A DNA stretch of 64,000 bases from the IMG/VR virus record IMGVR_UViG_3300017913_001553, positions 1 to 64,000 of that record; one strand, given 5' to 3'. The notes below the pieces were generated by a model. The model was not told where the DNA came from, did no database searches, and saw only the letters and a program-made list of their open reading frames with translations. This document shows, piece after piece, positions 38,914 to 48,734 of this stretch. The translations under genes and the position numbers were made by a program. How positions within the stretch are numbered: the first letter of the stretch is position 1; each line of letters begins with the position of its first letter. Origin of the DNA: a virus (taxonomy: Duplodnaviria; Caudoviricetes).

Positions 38914-39374
38914 TGAAAGAAAAACTTCCACTAAAGCAGCAGTTAGATGCGATAGATTACAAAAAGAGAAAGTGGTATAATTCACTCTCGGATGAAGATA
39001 AGAAACAAGTAAGTCCATGGGTTCTAATGCGTTTTCTTTCTTCATCTGGTGGATCGCGTGAGTTTCAGGAATATTTTCTTGAAATGACAAACGATGTAGT
39101 AAATGTTCACTTTAATACAGTTCGGCATCACCCTGATCTTCAGGTTGGACTGATGCAAGCAGTTGGTTTAAAGCAATCAATTGGACACCCTTGGATTGCT
39201 CCAGGAAAGCGTGGACAACAATCAAAATTGCATATGATTGTATCTGAATTACATCCAAATTTAAATGACGATGAAGTTGATTTGTTTGTTCGTGAGCAAT
39301 CCAAAGACGATATGATTGATATGTTAGATCAGCTCGGTTATGAGAAAAAAGAAATCAAAAAAATATTGAAATGA
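38913..39374 (+). CDS. Clamp loader small subunit, T4 gp62-like
   Basis: LDAIDYKK...YNSLSDEDKKQVSPWVLMRFLS...MTNDVVN...HPDLQ...PWI...LHPNL..E pattern. Confidence 0.6.
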   Translation: MKEKLPLKQQLDAIDYKKRKWYNSLSDEDKKQVSPWVLMRFLSSSGGSREFQEYFLEMTNDVVNVHFNTVRHHPDLQVGLMQAVGLKQSIGHPWIAPGKRGQQSKLHMIVSELHPNLNDDEVDLFVREQSKDDMIDMLDQLGYEKKEIKKILK

Positions 39375-40186
39375 TCAAGCATTCTCACATTTATACATCT
39401 GATGGTATGTTCACAGGTGTATTAGGTCATATTTTGGAACAGAGTGACAGTTATAAAAGTTCAAACTTTTGTTTTAATTCGTCACTTTATAATGATATTA
39501 TGATGGGTAGAGAACAAAACCGTGATCCTTGGGATAATCACAGTATGGATAAAGATCATTGGAGTCACAAATATATTCAACACATAGAAATAGCAGATCG
39601 CTCTTTTGAATGGTTAAACAGTTTTGTTGATAGTTTTAATCATCCAACTGTTTTTGGTATTAGTTATGGTGCCTATTCTAAAAAAGATAGTTGGAACAAT
39701 AAACAAGTTCAGCATATTGGATCAAAGTATAATAGAGAAATGACACTAATATATTTCCATTGTTATTTTTGTAGAGAATTTAATACAGATGATGTAATTG
39801 AAAGCTTAGATATGCATATACACGATCATTTTCAAGATGATCCAGAATATAGAAAATATGCGATGGAAAAGTTCGGCAATGCCGCAATACAAATTTCTAA
39901 ATCAGAACCTATTGAATTTTGGCAACTTCAATCTTGTTATCATCATGGATACGAAGGTATACCAGATAAAAATCGCAAAGATGAATTTATAGAACATATA
40001 ACAAGTTCTAATAAACAAAGTTCTATATTTTTAGATAATAATGATGTTTATACTATTGACCCTTTTGATATTGATATGTATAGTATTTGTGATAAGTTAG
40101 AAATCCAACCTAATAAAAAAATGAATCGTTCTATCAATCAATGGAATAAGTTTACAAAAAAGATTTTAAATGACATACAAGTGTGA
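39371..40186 (+). CDS. Hypothetical protein (inserted, His/aromatic-rich)
   Basis: 271 aa; overlaps both neighbours; no motif recognised. Confidence 0.55.
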   Translation: MIKHSHIYTSDGMFTGVLGHILEQSDSYKSSNFCFNSSLYNDIMMGREQNRDPWDNHSMDKDHWSHKYIQHIEIADRSFEWLNSFVDSFNHPTVFGISYGAYSKKDSWNNKQVQHIGSKYNREMTLIYFHCYFCREFNTDDVIESLDMHIHDHFQDDPEYRKYAMEKFGNAAIQISKSEPIEFWQLQSCYHHGYEGIPDKNRKDEFIEHITSSNKQSSIFLDNNDVYTIDPFDIDMYSICDKLEIQPNKKMNRSINQWNKFTKKILNDIQV

Positions 40187-40841
40187 ATATTGTGGGAAAA
40201 GTTTTGCTAGGGAAAGAACCCTATCTGTCCACATGTGTGAAAAAAAGCGTAGACATCTTTCAAAGAGTGATAAAGATATTCAGTTAGCATTTAGAGTATA
40301 TCAATTATTTTACAAGATTGCTACAAATACTAAAGCATTAAAGACATTTGAAGATTTTTCTAGTAGTCAATATTATCTTGGTTTTGTTAAATTTTCTAGA
40401 TACTGTATTGATCTTAAGATTGATGATGTTGAGAGTTTTGTGAAGTGGTTATTGACTAATCAAAAAAGTTTAGATCGTTGGGCAAGTGATACTAATTTTA
40501 TTCAATGGACAAAAGAACGTCTCAAAAAAGAAAGTCCAGATCGCGGAATTGAGAGAACAATATTATTCCTACAAGAATGGCAAGAAGAAACAGGTAACAA
40601 CTTCAACGAATATTTCAATATTGTGTCTCCAAATATAGCAGTGTTTCATATTTGTAGTGGTAAGATAAATCCTTGGGTGATATATAGTAGTTCAAGTGCT
40701 ATGAATTTAATAGAAAGACTAAACCAAGAACAACTAAACATGGTCATAGATTATATTGATCCTGATTTTTGGGAAAAGAAAATAAAGATGCAAAAAGATG
40801 ATCATCAGTGGGTAAAGAGTGTGTTAGGTAACGTATTATGA
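40170..40841 (+). CDS. Zinc-finger protein (C2HC/C2H2-like)
   Basis: YKCEYCGKSFARERTLSVHMC at the N-terminus, followed by a helical domain. Confidence 0.7.
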   Translation: MTYKCEYCGKSFARERTLSVHMCEKKRRHLSKSDKDIQLAFRVYQLFYKIATNTKALKTFEDFSSSQYYLGFVKFSRYCIDLKIDDVESFVKWLLTNQKSLDRWASDTNFIQWTKERLKKESPDRGIERTILFLQEWQEETGNNFNEYFNIVSPNIAVFHICSGKINPWVIYSSSSAMNLIERLNQEQLNMVIDYIDPDFWEKKIKMQKDDHQWVKSVLGNVL

Positions 40842-41413
40842 TTGTAACAACAGACGTAGATATTGACGTTGCTGATCGTCAAAAAGTTTTGGACTTGATA
40901 AAACATATCCCTGCTATGATGAATACAGATGGCAAAGTATCAAAACATAAAACAGGTGTATTTTTTCATGATGTTCCAGTTGACCCATTCACTGGATTAT
41001 GTACGGTGGACTATAAAACAGCAGAAGATATTGGATATTTTAAATTAGATATTTTGAATGTAAGTATCTATGATGGGTTGACGGAACAGGAAGTTTCCGA
41101 ATTTGTTGATAAAGAACCATTGTGGGAGTTATTGGAACATGAAGATATTGTAAAGAAATGTTTTCACATTCATAATCATTTTGATATTGTGTCTAAACTA
41201 CAACCAACATCTATAGAGCAACTGGCAGCAGTACTTGCAATTATTCGCCCAGCAAAAAGATATTTGCTAGATAAAGATTGGACTACTATTATGAGTGAAG
41301 TTTGGGTAAGACCAAAAGGTGATGAATATTTCTTTAAAAAAGCACACGCGATTGCTTATGCCACTGCTATTGTTGTTCAACTCAATAAAATTGTTAAAGA
41401 TTTTTCTTCATAA
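40838..41413 (+). CDS. Miniature DNA polymerase III alpha (DnaE/C-family)-like protein
   Basis: TDVDID (cf. DnaE PDFDVD), KHKTGV, GYFKLDIL (cf. KFDFL), PTSIEQLAAVLAIIRP, FKKAHAIAYA (cf. FNKSHSAAY), all in 191 aa. Confidence 0.8.
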   Translation: MIVTTDVDIDVADRQKVLDLIKHIPAMMNTDGKVSKHKTGVFFHDVPVDPFTGLCTVDYKTAEDIGYFKLDILNVSIYDGLTEQEVSEFVDKEPLWELLEHEDIVKKCFHIHNHFDIVSKLQPTSIEQLAAVLAIIRPAKRYLLDKDWTTIMSEVWVRPKGDEYFFKKAHAIAYATAIVVQLNKIVKDFSS

Positions 41414-41765
41414 GATTTATACTTCGTCTTTTAACACGCTTTGTTATACTATCACTCAATCTAACCTCTGGACCTTCTACCACTGTCATTTGTTTGACAT
41501 TAAAACTCTGAACGCAATACCCAAAAGGCCAACGATTGAGCAAAGCAATATTAATAGGCAACTTACGATTAGTTTCCCACCACCATTCTTCCCCAAGTTC
41601 TAAAAACAATTTTTTCTCTTCTTCCGATCTTAGGCGTTCATAAGAATATAAACTTGCTACATGATTGTCTATATTCTGAACTATACCAATATATTCTCTT
41701 CCAGAATATTCTAAGATAGTAAGAAACGGATATTGTTTTATAATTTCTTTGTACTCATTTCCCAT
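41394..41765 (-). CDS. Hypothetical protein
   Basis: 123 aa; CTAAATA late promoter at 41774-80 on the minus strand. Confidence 0.6.
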   Translation of the reverse strand: MGNEYKEIIKQYPFLTILEYSGREYIGIVQNIDNHVASLYSYERLRSEEEKKLFLELGEEWWWETNRKLPINIALLNRWPFGYCVQSFNVKQMTVVEGPEVRLSDSITKRVKRRSINLMKKNL

Positions 41766-41828
41766 ATTGAATGTATTTAGTATGATTATAATTCGTAGTT
41801 TTTATAAATACTATATAGGAGAAACAAT

Positions 41829-42653
41829 ATGAGTAGCAATTACAGTTCTAGTTATTATATCAATCAATCAGGCGACTTATATGCGGTTGGCGCACCTAAT
41901 GTAACACCTGGAATGTCAAAGTATTCTAGTACAAGAGGCACAGCAGTCAATTCACCTGCAAACTATGACAAGAAAAAGTTATTTTTGGGATTTGATAATA
42001 AGTATTTGTTTTTTATTAAAACACAGGATAGAAAACCTCTTCCATTAAACGGAATAACTGTAAACGCATCGCTTATATATCGTGAAAATGGATCAACAAT
42101 TATTTCAAGAAAATGCCAAATTGTTGATTATGATAATTCTCAAATTGAATTTTTTGTAAAATCAACAGAAATTGCTAACTTACCAGAAGGTTTATGTGAT
42201 ATTGTACTGAGTTATACAGATAACTACGGTAATACATACCCTCTTTATAGTGATTTGAACATGCGTCCTACTCATACACTTGAATGTACAAATGAGGCAG
42301 GATTTATTCCAAAAACATCACAAATTATTACTAATTTTAACTATATTGATGGGTATGGATATAGTACGGTTATTTTAGGTCCAGCATATTTCTATAAACC
42401 AAATGGTTATATTACGGTTGGTGTGTATTGTAGTAATTATACAGGTGATTTCTATCTTCAGGGTGCTACGTCAGCACATCCACACGAAGATGATTGGTTC
42501 AATCTTGAATTGGGTACGCAGTATTATTATCACAATTTTACTAATTTTAGTGGTATCGAACCGTTTAGTTTTCAAAGTAATCTTCAATATATCAGAGCAA
42601 AATATCAAGTAGATAACGTAGGAACAGTTGACAAAGTTGTAGTTAGAGTGTAG
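41829..42653 (+). CDS. Probable structural protein (beta-rich)
   Basis: TATAAATA at 41803-10 and GGAG SD; FFIKTQDRKPLPL...IEFFV...CDIVLSY Ig-like pattern. Confidence 0.5.
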   Translation: MSSNYSSSYYINQSGDLYAVGAPNVTPGMSKYSSTRGTAVNSPANYDKKKLFLGFDNKYLFFIKTQDRKPLPLNGITVNASLIYRENGSTIISRKCQIVDYDNSQIEFFVKSTEIANLPEGLCDIVLSYTDNYGNTYPLYSDLNMRPTHTLECTNEAGFIPKTSQIITNFNYIDGYGYSTVILGPAYFYKPNGYITVGVYCSNYTGDFYLQGATSAHPHEDDWFNLELGTQYYYHNFTNFSGIEPFSFQSNLQYIRAKYQVDNVGTVDKVVVRV

Positions 42654-42656
42654 TAT
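42628..42656 (+). promoter_or_regulatory. Sigma70-type promoter (leaderless)
   Basis: TTGACA-N17-TAGTAT with TG extension, 6 nt before the primase ATG. Confidence 0.7.
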
Positions 42657-42662
42657 AACTGT

Positions 42663-43670
42663 ATGTCGGTAATCTTAAATTATGTACAGAAGATGATTCC
42701 CCCCAATTGGGATACAACACCTAGTGGGTGGACGCATGGGAACTGTCCTATGTGTATTCTTAATGGAGAATCACGTCCCGACGAAAAACGCCGTGGTGGT
42801 TTTACCTTTGACGAAGATGGGTTTGTGTATAATTGTTTTAATTGTGGGTATAAAGTTGTTTATAAAAACGGATATTCATTTACAAATAGATTAGAAAGAC
42901 TGATGAAAGGATTTGGAACGCAAGATTCTGATATTCAACGTCTTAAATTAGATTTGATGAGAGAAGGTGATATCTCTCATCTCGTTTCTAATACAAAGAA
43001 AAAGAAAACACTACTGTATGATTGGAAAGATATAGAGTTACCAAAAGATGCGAAACCACTAATTCAGTGGGAAGAAGTAGATGATAATATTATATCTGCT
43101 ATTCAGTATCTTGAAGATCGTGGATTTGATTCGTCTGATGAACGATTTATGTATAGTAAAACAAAACTAAATGGAAGAATGAACAAGCGGTTTATTATAC
43201 CATTTACATATAAAAATAAAATAGTAGGTTATACTGCTAGATGGATTGGTAAACCGCCAGAAGGAATGCCTAAATATTTTAATCAGTCTCCTAAGAATGA
43301 TTATGTTTACGGCATTGATCGTCAGAAAAATAAAAAAATTGTAATTGTCACAGAAGGACAGTTGGATGCTATTATTACTGATGGTGTTGCTATAGGTAGC
43401 AATAAAATAAATGATAGTCAGGCAGAAATTATTGAAAGTTTGGCAGATAGGATTATAGTTTTGCCAGATTTTGATGGTGCTGGTGCAAATATGGTTGATT
43501 TTGCGTTGTCTCGTAAGTGGGAAGTAAGTTTTCCAGAATGGGAGAATTGTAAAGATGCTGGAGACGCTTTAAAAAAATATGGTCGTCTCTATACTATCAG
43601 AAGTATAATTGACAATTCCCAAGGAAATAAGGTCAAGATAGAAATGTTAAAAAGAAAGTTTTGCAAATGA
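42663..43670 (+). CDS. DNA primase (DnaG/gp61-like)
   Basis: Zn-binding CPMC...YNCFNCG, IIPF...VGYTARWI, KYFN, TOPRIM VTEGQLDA, LPDFD, KDAGD. Confidence 0.9.
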   Translation: MSVILNYVQKMIPPNWDTTPSGWTHGNCPMCILNGESRPDEKRRGGFTFDEDGFVYNCFNCGYKVVYKNGYSFTNRLERLMKGFGTQDSDIQRLKLDLMREGDISHLVSNTKKKKTLLYDWKDIELPKDAKPLIQWEEVDDNIISAIQYLEDRGFDSSDERFMYSKTKLNGRMNKRFIIPFTYKNKIVGYTARWIGKPPEGMPKYFNQSPKNDYVYGIDRQKNKKIVIVTEGQLDAIITDGVAIGSNKINDSQAEIIESLADRIIVLPDFDGAGANMVDFALSRKWEVSFPEWENCKDAGDALKKYGRLYTIRSIIDNSQGNKVKIEMLKRKFCK

Positions 43671-44428
43671 ATATAGAATTACTTAATAGTTATCCAGAAG
43701 ATAATAGTTTAAATAGACCCATTAATCGAGGGAGTATGACTCTACTGCGTGACCTTATCACCTATAAAGTAGAAAATTTTTCCAACGTAAAAAACATTGT
43801 TGAATTAGGAGTCGGCGGCGGCGGTAAGCATGTTTTTTGGGGTAATGTGTTTTTAGATGCCAATGTATATGGAGTTGAGATTTTTCATCCAAATGGAGAG
43901 TGGGCAAGTTCTTTGAATAAAGAAATGTTTGATTTTTTTATGAAAGGATATGAGTGTAGTACTAGGCAAGTAGTTGATTTGGAAAATGTTACTCTACTAC
44001 ACGGTTTTGATAGTTATAAACAAGAAACAATTGATGTACTTGTCAAATATTTAAATGATGAAAAACTTGATTTTATTGTTGATGATAGTGATCCGAATGG
44101 CAATGAAGTACAGACTGATAGAATCAATGCTCATAATATGTGGAAAACTATTCTTAAAGATGATGGATTTTTCTGGTCAGAGACTCTTATGGGGCAAGGA
44201 ACAGATAATGCTATTGCTCTTCAGGGAACAGAAAAAAATGAAGAATTTATGAAAGAATATGCCAGAAATGGATGGGTATTGTTTGATTTAACACCATATG
44301 CTAATTATGAAAGACTACAAGCACCATCAAATAGTTATTTTGGTATTTGGGCACATGATTTAGGTTTATACAAAGATGTCTTATTAAAATATGAGGATTG
44401 TATTTTGTATGGTCGTGAAAATTTTTAA
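43667..44428 (+). CDS. Class I SAM-dependent methyltransferase
   Basis: IVELGVGGG motif I, VYGVEI, HGFDS, LDFIVDDS, LKDDG..W.E; ATGA overlap with primase. Confidence 0.75.
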   Translation: MNIELLNSYPEDNSLNRPINRGSMTLLRDLITYKVENFSNVKNIVELGVGGGGKHVFWGNVFLDANVYGVEIFHPNGEWASSLNKEMFDFFMKGYECSTRQVVDLENVTLLHGFDSYKQETIDVLVKYLNDEKLDFIVDDSDPNGNEVQTDRINAHNMWKTILKDDGFFWSETLMGQGTDNAIALQGTEKNEEFMKEYARNGWVLFDLTPYANYERLQAPSNSYFGIWAHDLGLYKDVLLKYEDCILYGRENF

Positions 44429-44475
44429 TTGACTTTTTGCACAATACATACTAAATTATTTAAAAAGGTTTCCAT

Positions 44476-45867
44476 ATGAGCGATATTAAAGATTACAGTG
44501 TTGATCTTCAAAAATTATTTTTAGAATTCTTAGCACAAGACAAAGATTTATTTGTTCGTGTTAATGGTATTCTTGAATCATCTTATTTTGATAGAACTCT
44601 GCGCAAAGGGGTTGACTTTGTAAAATCACACGTGAGTGAATATGGAACTATCCCCACAGTTGACCAAATCAAAGCAACAACTGGAATTGGATTAAAAGAT
44701 ATCGGCAATGATATCAATGAGCGTCATAAAGAATGGTTTATTGATGAATTTGAACAGTTTTGTAAACACAAGGCATTAGAATCTGCCATTCTAAGTAGTG
44801 CTGATTTGTTGGAGCGTGGAGATTTTGGTGCTGTTGAAAAGAAAGTTAAAGATGCTGTTCAAATTGGTTTAGCAAAACATATGGGAACCAACTATTGGGA
44901 CAATCCAGCAGAGCGTATTGATAAAGTTAGAAACCAACGTGGTGGCACAAGCACAGGTTGGAAAGATATTGATGAAAAACTCTATGGTGGGTTTAATCGT
45001 GGAGAACTCAATATCTTTGCTGCCGCATCTGGCGGCGGTAAATCATTATTCCTACAAAATCTTGCCTTAAATTGGAGTTTAGCAGGATTGAACGTGTTGT
45101 ATGTATCATTGGAACTTAGTGAAGAACTGTGTAGTATGCGACTTGATAGTATGCTTACAGGTATGAATACAAAAGAAGTTTTCAAGAATGTAGAAGATGT
45201 AAGTTTGAAAGTTGGAATGGAAGCAAAGAAATCTGGTGCCATTCAGATCGTCCAACTTAAAAATGGTATTACTGTCAACGATCTGACTAGTTACTTACGA
45301 GAATTTGAAACACAATCTGGTATTACAGTTGATGCTATCTTGTTAGATTATTTGGACTTGATGATGCCAGCACAGCGTAAGGTTCCACCCAGTGATTTGT
45401 TTATCAAAGACAAGTTTGTAAGTGAAGAATTACGTAACTTTGCTGTTGAAAATGATATACTATTTGCTACAGCATCGCAGTTGAACCGTGCCGCAGTTGA
45501 AGAAATTGAGTTTGACCACTCGCACATCAGTGGTGGTTTAAGTAAGATTCAAACAGCAGACAATGTTATTGGTATTTTCACATCACAAGCAATGAGAGAG
45601 CGTGGAAAATATCAAGTTCAGTTTATGAAAACACGTAGTAGTAGTGGTGTCGGCCAAAAGGTTGATCTGAACTTTGATCGTTCTGGTTTGAGGATTTCTG
45701 ATATTGGGGATGATGAAGAGACCGTGGATGAAGTATCAGAACTTTACAATAAACTGAAAAAGAAAAGCAATGAGACATCATCGGTTGAACAAAACACAAC
45801 CCCTGCATCGACGATGGCAGTTGTGGACACTGATCGCCTAAGAAGTATACTTAAAAAGCAAGATTAG
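44476..45867 (+). CDS. Replicative helicase, T4 gp41/DnaB-like
   Basis: STGWKDID...GGFNRGEL, AASGGGKS, YVSLEL, LLDYLDLM, ATASQLNR, KTRSS. Confidence 0.95.
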   Translation: MSDIKDYSVDLQKLFLEFLAQDKDLFVRVNGILESSYFDRTLRKGVDFVKSHVSEYGTIPTVDQIKATTGIGLKDIGNDINERHKEWFIDEFEQFCKHKALESAILSSADLLERGDFGAVEKKVKDAVQIGLAKHMGTNYWDNPAERIDKVRNQRGGTSTGWKDIDEKLYGGFNRGELNIFAAASGGGKSLFLQNLALNWSLAGLNVLYVSLELSEELCSMRLDSMLTGMNTKEVFKNVEDVSLKVGMEAKKSGAIQIVQLKNGITVNDLTSYLREFETQSGITVDAILLDYLDLMMPAQRKVPPSDLFIKDKFVSEELRNFAVENDILFATASQLNRAAVEEIEFDHSHISGGLSKIQTADNVIGIFTSQAMRERGKYQVQFMKTRSSSGVGQKVDLNFDRSGLRISDIGDDEETVDEVSELYNKLKKKSNETSSVEQNTTPASTMAVVDTDRLRSILKKQD

Positions 45868-45896
45868 ACTAAATACTTCTAATAGGAGATAATGTT

Positions 45897-46136
45897 GTGA
45901 AAAAGAGAACAAAATCATTACTGCAAGAAATCAATAGTATTGCGCCCACAAAAGACAAAACGCATCTTTTAGAGGCACGTGGTACTAATGCTATTACGTC
46001 TTTGATTAATCTTTTAGAGATGGTCGAGAATAATTTTGATTCTGAAACATCACAGGATATCCAAAAAAGAATTATTCTTTCTATTAAAAACAGAGATGAT
46101 GACCGTTTTAAACGTGGAATCAAAAAATTGAGGTAA
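45897..46136 (+). CDS. Small hypothetical protein (late)
   Basis: CTAAATA and GGAG upstream; 79 aa helical ORF. Confidence 0.6.
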   Translation: MKKRTKSLLQEINSIAPTKDKTHLLEARGTNAITSLINLLEMVENNFDSETSQDIQKRIILSIKNRDDDRFKRGIKKLR

Positions 46137-46142
46137 TTTCTT

Positions 46143-47342
46143 ATGAAAATTAAAGATATTATCGGTGGCACAAAAAAGCGTAAACACAGAAATTCAAGAA
46201 AACATAGAATTCACCAACGTGATCTTCATAAAGTTGCAGCATCTGATCTGAAAGAAGCAAAAGGTCGTGAAATTAATCATATTGAAGACCTTGTATTGTT
46301 TTATGGATTAGAGGGCACACGCCGCGCTATTTCAACTCTTAAAAATTTAGAAAATAATCAAGCAGATACAACTATCAAGTGGGATGGATCACCTGCACTT
46401 GTTTTTGGTCGCAATGATCAGGGACAATTTGTATTGACTGATAAAGGTGGGTTTGCTGCTAAAGGATATGATGGTAAGGTTACAAACCCAAAAGATATGG
46501 AACAAATGTTCTTGAATCGTAAGATGAAAGACCCATCTCCTCAGAAGAAAATTGAACGTCAAGAATTTGCCAGAAGTATGTCAAATCTTTGGTCAACCTT
46601 TGAAAAGTCTACACCAGAAGATTTCAGAGGTTATATGTTTGGTGATTTGATGTATACACAGACACCACAAGTTGAGGATGGTAAATTTGTAATTCACCCA
46701 AATACAACAAAGTATCTTGTAAATCCAAAAAGTGATATTGGTCAAAAGATTGCCAATAGTAAAGTTGGTATTGTTGTCCATTTCAAACAGGATTTGGATG
46801 GTGAAAAAACAAAGCCTGATTTTTCAGGATTTCAGGGTGGCGATTTATTGATCATGCCACCAGTGAGTCCAAATGTTCCTAGTGAAGTTGGCAACTATAA
46901 CAGTGAATTAGATAAAATTGAAAGTAATTTGGGATCAATTTCTAAATTGGACGATTTTTTAAATCCCCCAGCAGAATTAAAAATGAAAGATTTTCAAAAC
47001 ATTCTATATGCTCACGTAAATTCAACTGTAAAAACAGGTGACTTGCCTGGCAAAAACTTTATTAATTGGGTTCAAAATAATCCAAAGATTAGCAATCCTA
47101 AAAAAGAAAAAATTATTCAGTGGTGCTCAGAGCACAAAAATGAGTATGAAAATATGTGGCAAATTTTCAATAGTATTTCAGATATTAAAAACAAAATTAT
47201 TGCTCATATGGATGATCAACCTGCCGACATTGAAGCATATACGGATGGTCAGCGTGGGGGTGAAGGATACGTTGTTGGCAAAGATGTAAAACTAGTTAAC
47301 AGAAGCGGATTTTCTGCAGCAAACTTCAGGGGTAATCAATAA
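46143..47342 (+). CDS. Ligase-like nucleotidyltransferase-fold protein, probably head-packaged
   Basis: TIKWDGSP (motif I KxDG), GDLM (III), IVVH, GEGYV (IV), VKLVNR (V); basic N-terminal leader ending in LKE-A. Confidence 0.55.
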   Translation: MKIKDIIGGTKKRKHRNSRKHRIHQRDLHKVAASDLKEAKGREINHIEDLVLFYGLEGTRRAISTLKNLENNQADTTIKWDGSPALVFGRNDQGQFVLTDKGGFAAKGYDGKVTNPKDMEQMFLNRKMKDPSPQKKIERQEFARSMSNLWSTFEKSTPEDFRGYMFGDLMYTQTPQVEDGKFVIHPNTTKYLVNPKSDIGQKIANSKVGIVVHFKQDLDGEKTKPDFSGFQGGDLLIMPPVSPNVPSEVGNYNSELDKIESNLGSISKLDDFLNPPAELKMKDFQNILYAHVNSTVKTGDLPGKNFINWVQNNPKISNPKKEKIIQWCSEHKNEYENMWQIFNSISDIKNKIIAHMDDQPADIEAYTDGQRGGEGYVVGKDVKLVNRSGFSAANFRGNQ

Positions 47343-47542
47343 TGCTTAGTAAAGAATGTAGACTACATATGGAAGAAGCAGGAATGACACGTTGGCAGCA
47401 TTTTAAACATGCTATGGGTATTGCATTTAAATTAAAGTTGGCAGTGGGTGCGGTATTCATTCATGCTTTCGCGCCAAGGTTTTTTAAAACTTATGCTAGT
47501 GATGTTTGTAAACAAATTGCGGAGAAACATAATGTCAGATAA
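47342..47542 (+). CDS. Small membrane-associated protein (DUF6356-like)
   Basis: HMEEAGMTRWQHFKHAM...AVFIHAFAPRFF..AS pattern, recognised from memory. Confidence 0.45.
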   Translation: MLSKECRLHMEEAGMTRWQHFKHAMGIAFKLKLAVGAVFIHAFAPRFFKTYASDVCKQIAEKHNVR

Positions 47543-48251
47543 GTATACGCCCGAAAAAGAAGAAAAAGGTCTATCATTCATGCAGGAACTTTCAGAAGCG
47601 AGATTGTTTAAAACACGAAATCAAATTTCAAATGAAGGTGCTCGTAGTATTTCAGATCATATTTTTGTAAGTATTCTTTCACTTTATATTATGTCAACTG
47701 ATTATCAATTTAATCCAGTTGCGGTGAAATATGCGGCAAGAACAAATATGTATGGTGCATATAATCGTCCAAGTCCGAGTGGAACGGATTTATATCAAGC
47801 ACTTTATAGTGTTCAGCGTCCAGAACTTTTTAAGGGACAAGCAAAAGATGATCTTCTTATGGATAAAATTAGAGTTGAACCACAAAAAATTAAGAAACTA
47901 CTAGATCAGATCAAACATAATAGAGTAAATTCGTCTACTGTATCTAGTGAACTTTATAGACTTGAAAGAAATCTTAAAATCCAAGACCCAAAACTACGTG
48001 CGGCAAGAAGATTAGCACAGAATTGGGAACAATTAAATACATCACAACGCCAACTTGTGGCAACGCAAATCAATCGTTATTTTATGATGAATGCTATGCG
48101 TAGTGATATCTATCCATTGTTCTCTAAATTTGCTAAGTCACAAAATCTTATTGTTGGTGATAGTAAAAAGGCAGCAATTGGCAAAGCAATTGCTAGAAAA
48201 GCAGCAGCATTTGGTGCTGGTTATGCGTTAGGTAGATCACTAGAACTATAA
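47532..48251 (+). CDS. Hypothetical protein, probably head-associated
   Basis: ATG 47532 after a GGAG SD; FMQELSE-A junction; C-terminal AFGAGYALG. Confidence 0.55.
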   Translation: MSDKYTPEKEEKGLSFMQELSEARLFKTRNQISNEGARSISDHIFVSILSLYIMSTDYQFNPVAVKYAARTNMYGAYNRPSPSGTDLYQALYSVQRPELFKGQAKDDLLMDKIRVEPQKIKKLLDQIKHNRVNSSTVSSELYRLERNLKIQDPKLRAARRLAQNWEQLNTSQRQLVATQINRYFMMNAMRSDIYPLFSKFAKSQNLIVGDSKKAAIGKAIARKAAAFGAGYALGRSLEL

Positions 48252-48253
48252 TA

Positions 48254-48661
48254 ATGAAAAAAGAAATTTATGAAATCTATACTCTTATAGATGTTACTAA
48301 TACAGGAGATACCAATCCTAAAGGAAACTCTAGAGAATATAGACAGCAACAAAATTTACAAACATTTATTCAATCTCTTAGTATGAGAACGCAAATTTTT
48401 ATACAGAGTGTAGAGGTGGATGAATTATCTGCAAAAAAACTAAAATTTGGTAAAGATTTTTCTGGTAAGTTAAGATATTGGAAAATATCATTTTATCCCG
48501 ATGCGACTGATCCGTGGAGACGAGACAAGGATTATTTTTTCCATTTATATTCTGACCTAAGAGGATCGCCGGTGTATACAGAATTAGATGAAATTAGCAA
48601 TGTAAAGGATTGTATACAATTCACAGGTTCTGGAAAAAATACATACATTACAAAATCTTGA
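48254..48661 (+). CDS. Hypothetical protein
   Basis: 135 aa ORF, YTLIDVTNTG...QQQNLQT. Confidence 0.55.
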   Translation: MKKEIYEIYTLIDVTNTGDTNPKGNSREYRQQQNLQTFIQSLSMRTQIFIQSVEVDELSAKKLKFGKDFSGKLRYWKISFYPDATDPWRRDKDYFFHLYSDLRGSPVYTELDEISNVKDCIQFTGSGKNTYITKS

Positions 48662-48734
48662 TATTTAATAAATACTAACATAGATTACATTAGTAATTGT
48701 GCTCTTGTGAGGCACATTGTGGAGAGTATATATT

